From: a bacterium
GTDB lineage: Bacteria; Patescibacteriota; Minisyncoccia; Sungbacterales; HO2-52-23
Reading direction: 5' to 3'
Assembly (NCBI GenBank): GCA_030697525.1
Contig: JAUYPW010000013.1
Span: 2,293-66,292, forward strand
DNA length: 64,000 bases
The translations under genes were made by a program, and so were the position numbers. Position 1 is the stretch's first letter, and the number at the start of each line of letters is the position of its first letter. The notes under the pieces were generated by a model, which saw nothing but the letters and a program-made list of their open reading frames with translations, ran no database searches and had not been told where the DNA came from. This document shows positions 37,176 to 46,868 of this stretch, piece by piece.

Positions 37176-39971
37176 ATGAATAAACCAAAGACAAAAATAA
37201 TAGTTACTTTGGGTCCTTCCACCAAAGAAGAGAACGATCTTCAAAGACTTAAAGACCGGGAAGTTGATTTTGTCAGAGTCAATATGTCCCACTCTAGTCT
37301 AGAAGATCTTTCTTATTTTTTGAAGTTGGCTAAAAAGGTTGGAATTCCTTTTATAATAGATACCGAGGGTTCGCAGATACGTAGCGGAGATTTGGCAGAG
37401 GACAATCTTTATATACCAGAAAATAAAACTATACAAATACATGCCGAACCGATAATAGGTGATGTAGAAAAAATATGTTTGCGCCCAGGAATTGTTGTAC
37501 AGCAACTTGAACCCGGAGATTTAATTTACATTGATTTTGATACGCTTATTTTGCGGGTGACAGACACTTCAACCTTGGCATCCGGCTTTATCACCGCCAA
37601 AGCCCTTGCTGGAGGATCGCTGGGAAGAAATAAGGGGGTAATTGTGGACTCTTCTTTGGGTAAAAAATTGGATCTTCCCACTCTATCTCCTAAAGACTAT
37701 CAATCAATTGAGCTTGGTTTGCAAGAGGGGGTTGAACATATTGCCGCCTCATTTATGAGGTCTGGGGAATCTGTAGAAGAAGTTCGCATAGCTACCCAGA
37801 ACAAGATGAAAATAATTTCTAAGATAGAATGTCTGGACTCTCTGAAAAATCTAGACAGTATTATTGAAAAATCTGACTATTTACTGATAGACAGAGGAGA
37901 TTTGAGCAAGGAAATCCCAATTGAAAAAATTCCGCTAACGCAAAAAATAATTCTTGCTAAGGCCAAGGAAAGAAATAAGGGAGTTTTTGTTGCCACTAAT
38001 TTACTGGAAACTATGGTTGGTAAGAAAAAGCCTACTAGGGCGGAAGCTCATGATGTAATAGCTACCATTCTTGATGGGGCGTCGGGTGTGGCTCTTTCTG
38101 CGGAAACAGCCATTGGTAAGTATCCATTGGAATGCGTGAATATGATGCACAAACTAATTAATCAAGCCTCACTTATTGAGTCGGATGGGTTGTTGGAAAA
38201 ACCCTCCTCACAAATTCTAAACCGTTTAAACCCAGAAAAATATTGGTTTGAAGGAAGCGCTTCATATTTGAACGACCCCCATGGGGGTGTTTTGGTGGAT
38301 AGGACTACCACAAAAAACTACTCTAAAGATTATCTCGCCTCTTTACCGGGAATACTTTTAAGCAATGAACTTCAAATGGATGTTGAGCAGATAGGAATAG
38401 GTACATACAGCCCACTGGAGGGATTTATGCTTGAAAAGGACTTTCTATCAGTACTAAACTCCATGAGGATCGCCAATGGTGTTATTTGGCCGTTACCGAT
38501 TATCCTTGGGGTTTCTCAAGAATTGGCCAATCAATTGACGGAGGGTGGGGACGTCTCCTTGCTTGATGCCAAAGGAGAAGTAATATCTATTTTACATCTA
38601 GAACAAAAATACACATTCAGTTGGCAGAATACCTGTTTGAAGTTGTATGGCACTATTGATCAAGAGCATCCGGGGGTCAGAATGATAAAGGACACGCCTC
38701 CGGTATTATTGGGCGGTAAAATTACTCTTCTGCGAAGAAGAAATTCTCCCACAAGTTCTTATGAACTAACTCCTCGCCAAGCCAGGCGCATTTTTGATGA
38801 GCGGGGCTGGAAAAGAGTGGTCGGTTTTCATACCAGAAATGTGTTGCACCGAAGTCACGAATATATACAAATGAAAGCGTTGGAGGATAGCAGGAGCGAT
38901 GGTCTTTTTGTTCATCCTGTTGTAGGCAAGAAAAAAATAGGCGACTTCAATGCCGAATACATTATGAAAGCCTACGAGATTATGAGCGAACTATTTTATC
39001 CTGAAAATAAAGTGGTGCTAGGAGCTTTCGCTACGTACTCCCGCTATGCGGGACCGCGGGAGGCTGTATTTACGGCTCTGTGCCGGAAAAATTTCGGCTG
39101 TACACATTTTATCGTAGGACGAGATCATACTGGGGTTGGAACATTTTATCATCCGCAGGCATCCCATGATATTTTTGATAGCCTTCCTAATCTCGGCATA
39201 TCCATAATAAAGTTTGATGAAATAATTTATTCTAAAAAGTACAATTCCCATTTATCTGACAGAGAGAGCAGTGATCACTCCGAGGAAGAGAAACTAAGAC
39301 TAAGCGGGACGGAAGCGAGGAAAATGCTTGAAAGAAATGTAGCCCCTCCCGAGTGGTTTATGAGAAAGGAGATATCACAGATGCTTATTGAAGCTCTGCA
39401 AAAGGGGGAAGAAGTTTTTGTAAAAGAAAAGTATGAACTAAAAAATTCAGGCAAAGTAATTTGGTTTACCGGTTTGAGCGGTTCAGGAAAGACGACACTT
39501 GCCGGGCTATTACAGAAATCTTTGGAAGCTTCCGGGAAAAAAGTTAAGGCCATCGATGGGGATGAAATACGCAACACTGTCGCCAAAAATTTAGGTTTTA
39601 CCAGGGAAGACATCAGGACCAATAACCGCCTAATTGCCGAACTTGCCAAAAAGGAAGGGGTTATCCATGACTATGTCTTGGTGTCAGTAATTTCTCCATT
39701 TGCGGAAGATAGGAGGCTCGCCCGTTCTATTGTTGGTGATAATTTTTTAGAGGTATATGTGAACTGTCCTCTACAGAAGTGTATGGATCGGGACCCTAAG
39801 GGTATTTATAAAAAAGCTCTGGCTGGAGAGCGAGAAAAACTCATTGGTATGCCAGATGCCCTACCTTATGAGATACCTACCTCTTCAGAGATAGAGGTGA
39901 AAACAGCGGAGTCGGGCATATATCAGAATTTAGGGATTATATTGGATTTCTTAAATAGTAAGAGTTATTAA
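37176..39971 (+). CDS. trifunctional fusion: pyruvate-kinase-like barrel domain + ATP sulfurylase (PUA-like and catalytic domains) + APS kinase; a PAPS synthase with an N-terminal PK-like domain
   Basis: aa 1-330 are PK-like (KTKIIVTLGPST...VRVNMSHSS...IDTEGSQIRSG; DRGDLSKEIPIEKIPLTQK; NLLETMV; DGASGVALSAETAIGKYPLE). aa ~360-700 are ATP sulfurylase (VVGFHTRNVLHRSHEYIQ; IVGRDHTGVG). aa ~760-931 are APS kinase (VIWFTGLSGSGKTTLAGLL). Confidence 0.85.
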   Translation: MNKPKTKIIVTLGPSTKEENDLQRLKDREVDFVRVNMSHSSLEDLSYFLKLAKKVGIPFIIDTEGSQIRSGDLAEDNLYIPENKTIQIHAEPIIGDVEKICLRPGIVVQQLEPGDLIYIDFDTLILRVTDTSTLASGFITAKALAGGSLGRNKGVIVDSSLGKKLDLPTLSPKDYQSIELGLQEGVEHIAASFMRSGESVEEVRIATQNKMKIISKIECLDSLKNLDSIIEKSDYLLIDRGDLSKEIPIEKIPLTQKIILAKAKERNKGVFVATNLLETMVGKKKPTRAEAHDVIATILDGASGVALSAETAIGKYPLECVNMMHKLINQASLIESDGLLEKPSSQILNRLNPEKYWFEGSASYLNDPHGGVLVDRTTTKNYSKDYLASLPGILLSNELQMDVEQIGIGTYSPLEGFMLEKDFLSVLNSMRIANGVIWPLPIILGVSQELANQLTEGGDVSLLDAKGEVISILHLEQKYTFSWQNTCLKLYGTIDQEHPGVRMIKDTPPVLLGGKITLLRRRNSPTSSYELTPRQARRIFDERGWKRVVGFHTRNVLHRSHEYIQMKALEDSRSDGLFVHPVVGKKKIGDFNAEYIMKAYEIMSELFYPENKVVLGAFATYSRYAGPREAVFTALCRKNFGCTHFIVGRDHTGVGTFYHPQASHDIFDSLPNLGISIIKFDEIIYSKKYNSHLSDRESSDHSEEEKLRLSGTEARKMLERNVAPPEWFMRKEISQMLIEALQKGEEVFVKEKYELKNSGKVIWFTGLSGSGKTTLAGLLQKSLEASGKKVKAIDGDEIRNTVAKNLGFTREDIRTNNRLIAELAKKEGVIHDYVLVSVISPFAEDRRLARSIVGDNFLEVYVNCPLQKCMDRDPKGIYKKALAGEREKLIGMPDALPYEIPTSSEIEVKTAESGIYQNLGIILDFLNSKSY

Positions 39972-39973
39972 AT

Positions 39974-40951
39974 ATGTCAAAAATTTCAGTCGGGAAGAGA
40001 AAATACTTGGTAGAGAATTTGCTTCTGCTTGATGGTATAACCAGATCGGGCAAATTTCTGCTCGCTAATATCATTTCATCTTTCTCAAATATTGAACCAG
40101 TCCAATATTATGGGCTGCTTGAACATATTCCTTTTTTTGAGAAATTCGGTTTGATGGATAAGGATACTTCTAAAGAACTACTACAATGTGAGATAGACTT
40201 TCATTGCTACGAAACGCTGATCGGTAGAAATCTCAATCACCGAAAAACAGACAAATCCTCCATCTATCATAATCCCCAGAGTCAGTCATATATACAAAGA
40301 TCGGGAGAGAAAAATATAGATCTACTCTTGAAAAATTTCCATAATAAAAAGCCATACAGTTTTTTCATAACCCACGAAATTCTGCCGCATATAAATATCT
40401 ATCTAGAAGCATTTCCTAAAATAAAAATTATCGTAATTGAGCGAAATGCCATAGATCTTGTTTATTCGTGGTGGAGGAGGGGTATTGGAACAAGAATTGG
40501 GAATGATCCTATTATGTTCCAAATACCACTTCGCAATAATAATGGTCCGGCAGCGCCTTGGTACGCGCAATCATGGGGTAAAAAATATCATTCGCTTTCA
40601 GAGGTAGACCGCATTATATTTTCTATCAAAACACTCAAAGAGTTATACCAAAAGGCTTATCGCAAATTGACTAGTGAACAAAGAAAAAAGATTTTATTTA
40701 TTGATTACGACAATTTACTTATAAATCCGGATAAGGTTACTGAGGCAATATCCAGTTTTTTACAATTGAAAAAAAGTTCGACAGAAATAAAAAATGTTCT
40801 AAAAAAAGAACATTTGCCCAATTCCGGATCAATTAAGACAAGATCGGCTAGAACCGAAGAGTTAAGGACCGTAGCATCAAAAAAATATCTCCTGTATCTA
40901 CTAAAATTAGAAAAGGAAAACGCTTCTTTGGAAAAATTTTATAATTTTTAG
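39974..40951 (+). CDS. putative PAPS-dependent sulfotransferase
   Basis: The 5'-PSB-like P-loop is LDGITRSGKFLLANII and the 3'-PB-like motif is IIVIERNAIDLVYSWW, comparable to sulfotransferase PKSGTT and RNP.D..VS motifs. It sits immediately after the PAPS synthase, 2 nt apart. Confidence 0.55.
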   Translation: MSKISVGKRKYLVENLLLLDGITRSGKFLLANIISSFSNIEPVQYYGLLEHIPFFEKFGLMDKDTSKELLQCEIDFHCYETLIGRNLNHRKTDKSSIYHNPQSQSYIQRSGEKNIDLLLKNFHNKKPYSFFITHEILPHINIYLEAFPKIKIIVIERNAIDLVYSWWRRGIGTRIGNDPIMFQIPLRNNNGPAAPWYAQSWGKKYHSLSEVDRIIFSIKTLKELYQKAYRKLTSEQRKKILFIDYDNLLINPDKVTEAISSFLQLKKSSTEIKNVLKKEHLPNSGSIKTRSARTEELRTVASKKYLLYLLKLEKENASLEKFYNF

Positions 40952-43503
40952 TTTTCCACCCAGTAAGGATTCTCTACCTGCTTGTTATTTAAGAGTTTTT
41001 TGGCAGATATCCTGCCTTGTTCTAGTAAAGATGGGTAGCTGAATTCAATCAAGTTTTTTCCGGCAGGTACTAGGACAGCCTGATACAAATAATTGGCGGT
41101 GTAGAGATTGGTTTCTTTGCCATTTATCGATGCGCGCCAAAACGGATATTTATTCTCGCTAAACACCACGAAACGGGCATTTTTGGTAACGGTCTCAACC
41201 CGCAATCTCCCCGCTGTGTAGTTTAAAAGTTTAAGAGAGTCGTTTTTATCCCCCTTTCCGTATTGTACTGGCAAGACATCATCTTTTTTCCTTTCTAGAA
41301 GAGTGGTCTCATTGAAATCATCAACAGTCTTAATTACATCCAGAGCTAATTTTTCATCCGACTCGGTCCATATTATTTCTTTGGCGAAATACCACCGAGG
41401 CATAAAATCCGGATTTTGATATATATAGATAGGAACCTTCCCGTCCAATATATGGGTAGTAAATATTTTCTTCCATTTGCCAGTGAGCTCAAAAGGGGAC
41501 AGAACATATTTTACATTTAGCATACCCAGAATAGTAGTTCCTTTTTCGCTGAAGTTTTTTATGTAAGCAGTGAATGGGGTAGTGAGAGTAAAATCTTGTT
41601 TTGTTTCAACACTTTGCTGGCGGGCCGTGTAGTATAGATTGATCATGCGGCGCAAGGCGAGGGCTTGATGATTATAAAAAGCATCGAGATCGTATAAGAC
41701 ATTAAGGTTGTCATCCATCATCTCATAATAAAACCACTGTTTATTATTCGGGTTTACAATGTCTGTATTATATTTTTCAGCAATCTCGGCAACATATTGG
41801 TCCGGAGTATAGAGAAATATTCTATAGGGTTGGATTGCTTGAGCGGTATACTGTGTTAGAGGTAGAGAATTGCTTCGATATGATTCTGTGGCATGGAGAA
41901 ATCTGGCAGTAGCCGGAGGATTCTTTATGAATTCCACAGGGGGACCCTTAAGAATATCTTTCCAGACCACAATCGAGCCGAGGAATGTGATAAATATAGA
42001 ACCCCACAGCCATTTTTGCCAAGAAATTAATCCATATTTTCCCAAGGTAAGAAATAGAATGGTTACTATCCAAAGAGTAAAAATAAAAATAGTTTGAGGT
42101 TCTGTAAAAGAGAATTTACTCACCACGCTTGTGGCAATGTTTTTTACAAGCCCTTTATAATAGATATCCGATCTCAAGAAAACCCTATCCGGGGTATTTT
42201 TAAAGTGTTCTACTCCATATTCAGTTAAAGCTGTAGTTATGGATTGCTGGTAAATAGTTACCACAACACTTGTTATGGTTATAGTGATAAGTACCCCCCA
42301 GAGAATTTTAAGCAAAACGGCGCTTCTCTTGGCTCGAAAAAATATTTTTATGTAATCCAGGGAGTGGGCCGCTGTAAGTGATAAGGAAAAAACAATTACA
42401 AAAGACCATTTCCATTGGCCGCCAAACCAGTTTAGTACTGGCAGTTGGTGAAGTAGCCAGAAAAGAGGTGAATATTTTATGGCAATAAGTAGGAACATTA
42501 CCCCCAGCCAAAAGAAGAATCTAAAAACCCCTTTATTTTTACGATAAGTAAAAATACTGACCAAAACCAATAGAAATGGCAGCGTACCGATATATAGCAC
42601 TATATCTTGATCGCCAAGCGCCAAAAAAGGCATAGTCTCGCCATAGTACACAAAAGAGTTGGGATGGATCATACGTAGGAAGTGAGAAAGAGTTATCGGC
42701 ATCATGGCCGCGTTTGATATACCCCCACTTCGGGCGGAGTAGGATATAAAATTCAATATAGAGAGGAACCATGGAAGGAGTATTACTATACTCATAATGA
42801 CCCCGCCTAGCAGGAGCAGTAAGTTTTTTAGTTTTTTCTTGGTTGCACCTCCGCTAAACAAGAGATACAGGGTGAATGATCCTGTTGCCACAAGAGCATA
42901 AACGGCCATCTCTGACCACCCCCCAACCCACACATAGAGCATTAAGGGTAACCACAACCAAAACCATCTTCTTCGGCCCTCCATTATTTTTTTACAAATC
43001 AAAAAAGAGAGCGGCAAAAAAGGCATGAGCGCGGCGATGCCTGTGACATCTAGGTATTTGATGGATACGCCGCTGAATGAATAGGCTAGGGTTCCGACCA
43101 AACTAGCTGGTTTACTTAGTCCCAGATTCCGAGCCAGAAAATAAAAACTTCCCGCGTTAGCCAAAAAGAAAAATAAAATAAGAAGGTTGTTGGCGGTGAA
43201 AGGATTTAAGAATCCGATAGTCGCGAGAAAAAGCGGATTTAAGAATCCATCCAAGGTAAGAGCAATTGGATAACCGGAGTTAAATGCTGGCCACCAATTT
43301 GGGAGTATGCCCAGATCATAGAAAAAAAATCGCATTACTTTAAGATATCCGTAGTGATAAGCGCCGATAAACTGCAAAGGAAAAATGTGTTTTCCGGAGA
43401 GTATTGGCCAAAACAAAAATAAAGCCCCAGTCGTTATAATAAGCGCTGGGCCAGCCTTAATTACAAAGTTTTTTATTCTATCTTTTACCACAATGTGCAT
43501 CAT
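40948..43503 (-). CDS. large polytopic membrane protein, YfhO-like (GT-C superfamily candidate; extracytoplasmic glycosyltransferase)
   Basis: It is 851 aa, with an N-terminal ~500 aa of multiple TM helices and a C-terminal ~300-aa soluble domain. The size and topology match the YfhO family; there is no direct motif proof. Confidence 0.5.
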   Translation of the reverse strand: MMHIVVKDRIKNFVIKAGPALIITTGALFLFWPILSGKHIFPLQFIGAYHYGYLKVMRFFFYDLGILPNWWPAFNSGYPIALTLDGFLNPLFLATIGFLNPFTANNLLILFFFLANAGSFYFLARNLGLSKPASLVGTLAYSFSGVSIKYLDVTGIAALMPFLPLSFLICKKIMEGRRRWFWLWLPLMLYVWVGGWSEMAVYALVATGSFTLYLLFSGGATKKKLKNLLLLLGGVIMSIVILLPWFLSILNFISYSARSGGISNAAMMPITLSHFLRMIHPNSFVYYGETMPFLALGDQDIVLYIGTLPFLLVLVSIFTYRKNKGVFRFFFWLGVMFLLIAIKYSPLFWLLHQLPVLNWFGGQWKWSFVIVFSLSLTAAHSLDYIKIFFRAKRSAVLLKILWGVLITITITSVVVTIYQQSITTALTEYGVEHFKNTPDRVFLRSDIYYKGLVKNIATSVVSKFSFTEPQTIFIFTLWIVTILFLTLGKYGLISWQKWLWGSIFITFLGSIVVWKDILKGPPVEFIKNPPATARFLHATESYRSNSLPLTQYTAQAIQPYRIFLYTPDQYVAEIAEKYNTDIVNPNNKQWFYYEMMDDNLNVLYDLDAFYNHQALALRRMINLYYTARQQSVETKQDFTLTTPFTAYIKNFSEKGTTILGMLNVKYVLSPFELTGKWKKIFTTHILDGKVPIYIYQNPDFMPRWYFAKEIIWTESDEKLALDVIKTVDDFNETTLLERKKDDVLPVQYGKGDKNDSLKLLNYTAGRLRVETVTKNARFVVFSENKYPFWRASINGKETNLYTANYLYQAVLVPAGKNLIEFSYPSLLEQGRISAKKLLNNKQVENPYWVEN

Positions 43504-43511
43504 ATACTAGT

Positions 43512-44300
43512 ATGCCCAAAAAACATTTACATGACAAGTTTTCAAATAAAAGAATTATCGCGCGACTGGACATAAAAGGTGGGAATGTAGTAAAGCCCGT
43601 GCATACCGAAGCCTTACGTATTGTTGGAAAACCTAGAGAACGAGCAGAACTTTACTATAAGCAAGGTATTGATGAGATTGTGTATATGGATATAGTGGCG
43701 AGTCTCTACGGTCGCAATCTGGATTTTGATCTTCTGCGGTCAGTGGCAGAAAATATTTTTGTTCCCCTAACGGTGGGAGGCGGTATAAGAACTATCAAAG
43801 ATATCAATGAAGCTCTTAGGTCTGGGGCGGATAAGGTAGCGATAAATACTTACGCCATTGGCAACCCGAATTTTTTAGAAAAGGCTATCCACGAGTTTGG
43901 CTCGCAATGCATTGTTCTATCTATCGAGGCAAAGAAACAGGCAAACGGGCATTGGGAGGCGTATACAGATGGTGGACGCGAAAGGACGGGTGTAGATGTG
44001 GTGGAATGGGCCAGGCAGGGAATAAAAAGGGGGGTGGGTGAATTACTCATAACTTCCATTGATCGTGATGGCACAAGACAGGGATACGACCTAGATTTGA
44101 TAAAACGCATATCTTCCCTTTCTCCTATTCCAGTTATCGCTTATGGAGGTGCCGGAAAGCCTGAAGATATGGGGGAAGTAATAAAAAAAGCTAGGGCTGA
44201 TGCGGTGGCTGCAGCTTCAATTTTTCATTATGATTTATGTTCTGTGCGGGAGATAAAGAAACATTTAAATAGTATTGGAGTATATACCAGGACCTTATGA
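43512..44300 (+). CDS. HisF-like cyclase subunit of imidazole-glycerol-phosphate-synthase family (WbuZ-type, glycan amidation-associated)
   Basis: IIARLDIKGGNVVKPVHTEAL...GIDEIVYMDIVAS...PLTVGGGIRT is HisF-like. It is adjacent to a HisH-like gene and a WbuX-like gene. Confidence 0.8.
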   Translation: MPKKHLHDKFSNKRIIARLDIKGGNVVKPVHTEALRIVGKPRERAELYYKQGIDEIVYMDIVASLYGRNLDFDLLRSVAENIFVPLTVGGGIRTIKDINEALRSGADKVAINTYAIGNPNFLEKAIHEFGSQCIVLSIEAKKQANGHWEAYTDGGRERTGVDVVEWARQGIKRGVGELLITSIDRDGTRQGYDLDLIKRISSLSPIPVIAYGGAGKPEDMGEVIKKARADAVAAASIFHYDLCSVREIKKHLNSIGVYTRTL

Positions 44301-44944
44301 GCAAAAAAAAAATATCTCCCAATATAGTAATCGTAGACTATGGTGTGGGTAATTTGCATAGTCTGTGTCAGGCTTTTAAGCATTCGGGTATTGTGCCGTT
44401 AGTTACATACGACCCAGAGACCATAAAAAGATCTGATGCCGTAGTGCTTCCGGGTGTTGGTTCATTTGAGGCTGGTATGTGTGGTTTAAAAAAACGAAAA
44501 CTAATCGATACAATTGTAACTGCGAGCATTAATCAAAAACCAATTTTGGGTATATGTCTTGGGGCTCAGGTAATGCTGGATGTAGGTTACGAGTTCGGAA
44601 CTTTTAATGGCCTTGGTCTTATACCCGGCAAAGTGATCCGTTTCCCAAAACTAAATAGTGAGAAGATACCTCATGTGGGATGGAATTCTGTATATAAACC
44701 CACTCACATCTCTTGGAAAGGTACTATATTGCAGGGACTGAAAAATGAATTCGAAACATATTTCGTACATTCTTATGTCCTGGTCCCTAGTGATAAAAAG
44801 TATATTTATGGACTGACTTCCTATGGCGGTCATGAATTTTGTTCTGTCATCAAAAAAGGCAACACATATGGCTGCCAATTCCATCCTGAAAAGAGCGGTC
44901 CTATGGGTCTATCCATCATTGATAGGTTTATTAAAAGTATCTAA
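44297..44944 (+). CDS. HisH-like class I glutamine amidotransferase (WbuY-type)
   Basis: IVIVDYGVGNLHSLCQAF...LPGVGSF...ILGICLGAQ contains the catalytic Cys and a downstream His. ATGA start/stop overlap. Confidence 0.8.
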   Translation: MSKKKISPNIVIVDYGVGNLHSLCQAFKHSGIVPLVTYDPETIKRSDAVVLPGVGSFEAGMCGLKKRKLIDTIVTASINQKPILGICLGAQVMLDVGYEFGTFNGLGLIPGKVIRFPKLNSEKIPHVGWNSVYKPTHISWKGTILQGLKNEFETYFVHSYVLVPSDKKYIYGLTSYGGHEFCSVIKKGNTYGCQFHPEKSGPMGLSIIDRFIKSI

Positions 44945-44954
44945 AAATATTTAA

Positions 44955-46139
44955 ATGATTAAAACCTTAGATAAACAACTAATCAGTCAACCGACCGATG
45001 TTCGTTTTTGCACAAAATGCGTTGTCTCCAATCAGAGACCAAGAATTACGTTTAACAAAGATGGAGTTTGCAGCGCTTGTGATTATGCTCATCGCAAGCA
45101 TTATGTAATTGATTGGAAAAAACGGGAGAAAGAACTGTCGGCACTTTGCGCAAGATACCGTTCCAAAAACGGCGAGTTTGATGTGGTGGTGCCTGGTAGC
45201 GGGGGTAAGGACAGTAGTTACACGGCTCATATATTGAAGACTAAGTACAATATGCATCCGCTTGTTGTTACTTGGGCTCCCTTTGCCTATACCGATATTG
45301 GTTGGAAAAATTTTGAGAATTTCATAAAGTCTGGATTCACGGTTTTAAATTGTTTTCCGGACGGCAAACTACACAGAAAACTTGCTCGGATTGCCTTTGA
45401 GCTCAAGGGTGATGCATGGGAACCATTTGCGTTTGGTCAAAAGGCATACGCATTTCATATAGCAGTAAAATGGGGTATTCCTTTGATTTTTTATGGAGAA
45501 AACGGCGAGGTGGAATATGGAGGATCTTTGAAAAATGCTGATGTACCCCATGAGTCTGTGTATGATTGGGATAAATTATATTATAAAGGTGCGGGTGTCG
45601 ACAGACTTCTTATGGAAGGAAAGAAAATGGGACTGATTACCCCCAAGGAGGTTAAAGATAGGTCTTTTGATTTTTATCGCCCGCCATCCAAAAAAGAGAT
45701 AGAAAAATTGGGCGTTCAGATGCATTGGTTATCATATTATAGAAAGTGGGTGCCACAAGAAAATTTTTATTATGCTCAAAAACACACCGGTTTTACTGCC
45801 AACGAGGAGGGCCGATCTGAAGGTACTTATTCCAAATATGCCAGTCTTGATGATCAGACCGATGGCTTTCATTTTTATATGGCCTTTATTAAGTTTGGTA
45901 TTGGACGGGCAACCTCTGACGCTGCTCACGAAATAAGAGATGGTCATATAACCAGAGAGGAGGGTGTTTCTTTGGTCAAAAGATATGATGGCGAATTTCC
46001 TAAAAAATATTTTAGAGAATTTCTTGCTTATCTAAATATCACTGAAAATCATTTCTGGAAGATGGTTGATTCGTATCGCAAACCTCATTTGTGGAAAAAG
46101 GTTGGTGGAGAATGGAAATTAAAGCACGGAATCAATTAA
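44955..46139 (+). CDS. N-acetyl sugar amidotransferase (WbuX/PseA-like, PP-loop ATP pyrophosphatase)
   Basis: The N-terminal zinc ribbon is CTKCVVSNQRP...CSACDY. The PP-loop is VVVPGSGGKDSSY. Confidence 0.75.
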   Translation: MIKTLDKQLISQPTDVRFCTKCVVSNQRPRITFNKDGVCSACDYAHRKHYVIDWKKREKELSALCARYRSKNGEFDVVVPGSGGKDSSYTAHILKTKYNMHPLVVTWAPFAYTDIGWKNFENFIKSGFTVLNCFPDGKLHRKLARIAFELKGDAWEPFAFGQKAYAFHIAVKWGIPLIFYGENGEVEYGGSLKNADVPHESVYDWDKLYYKGAGVDRLLMEGKKMGLITPKEVKDRSFDFYRPPSKKEIEKLGVQMHWLSYYRKWVPQENFYYAQKHTGFTANEEGRSEGTYSKYASLDDQTDGFHFYMAFIKFGIGRATSDAAHEIRDGHITREEGVSLVKRYDGEFPKKYFREFLAYLNITENHFWKMVDSYRKPHLWKKVGGEWKLKHGIN

Positions 46140-46868
46140 ATGAAAAAATTTACCCAAAAAGGTCTAGTCATAATTCCAGCTCGGGGCGGATCCAAAAGGA
46201 TAAAAAATAAAAATATAAAAAATTTTCTTGGCGATCCTCTTATTGCTTACACAATCAAGCAGGCAAAACAATTAAAAATGGCTGATAGGGTTATTGTTGA
46301 CACTGATTCACCCCAAATAGCCAAGGTAGCTAGGCGTTATGGTGCGGAAGTGCCATTTTTACGTCCGGCGAATCTTGCCCAAGATAATTCTTTAGTGATT
46401 AATAGTGTTATTTATATCCTGCAGAGATTAAAGAAAGAGGAAAATTATATACCAGATTATATTATTATACTTCAAACAACCTCACCACTTCGAGAGATGA
46501 AAGATATTGAGAGTTGTTGGAAATTATTTAAAGATACGGACGCAACGACAGTGCTTACGGTTTGCGAAACTCATCCGAGATCTTATCGGCTTACTCGCGA
46601 AAATAATTTAATTTTACTTAACGGCTCTGAGAAGTATTCCACCAATGTACAAGCTTGGAATAAGCGCTATATTCTCAACGGTTGTTTCGTATATTTTGTA
46701 GAAACAGCAGCTTTACTAAGAGAGAAGGTTATCATAACCAGAAAAACTAAGGCTGTTGTATGCGACAAGTGGCGTTCGGTTGATCTAGATAATCCGGAAG
46801 ATTGGGTAATCGCGGAATTGCTTTATAGAGAGAGAAAGTCTGTTACTAAGAAGATAAAATCCATATGA
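46140..46868 (+). CDS. CMP-nonulosonic acid synthetase (acylneuraminate cytidylyltransferase family; NeuA/LegF/PseF-like)
   Basis: LVIIPARGGSKRIKNKNIKNFLGDPLIAYTI matches the CMP-NeuAc synthetase N-terminal motif. Confidence 0.75.
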   Translation: MKKFTQKGLVIIPARGGSKRIKNKNIKNFLGDPLIAYTIKQAKQLKMADRVIVDTDSPQIAKVARRYGAEVPFLRPANLAQDNSLVINSVIYILQRLKKEENYIPDYIIILQTTSPLREMKDIESCWKLFKDTDATTVLTVCETHPRSYRLTRENNLILLNGSEKYSTNVQAWNKRYILNGCFVYFVETAALLREKVIITRKTKAVVCDKWRSVDLDNPEDWVIAELLYRERKSVTKKIKSI

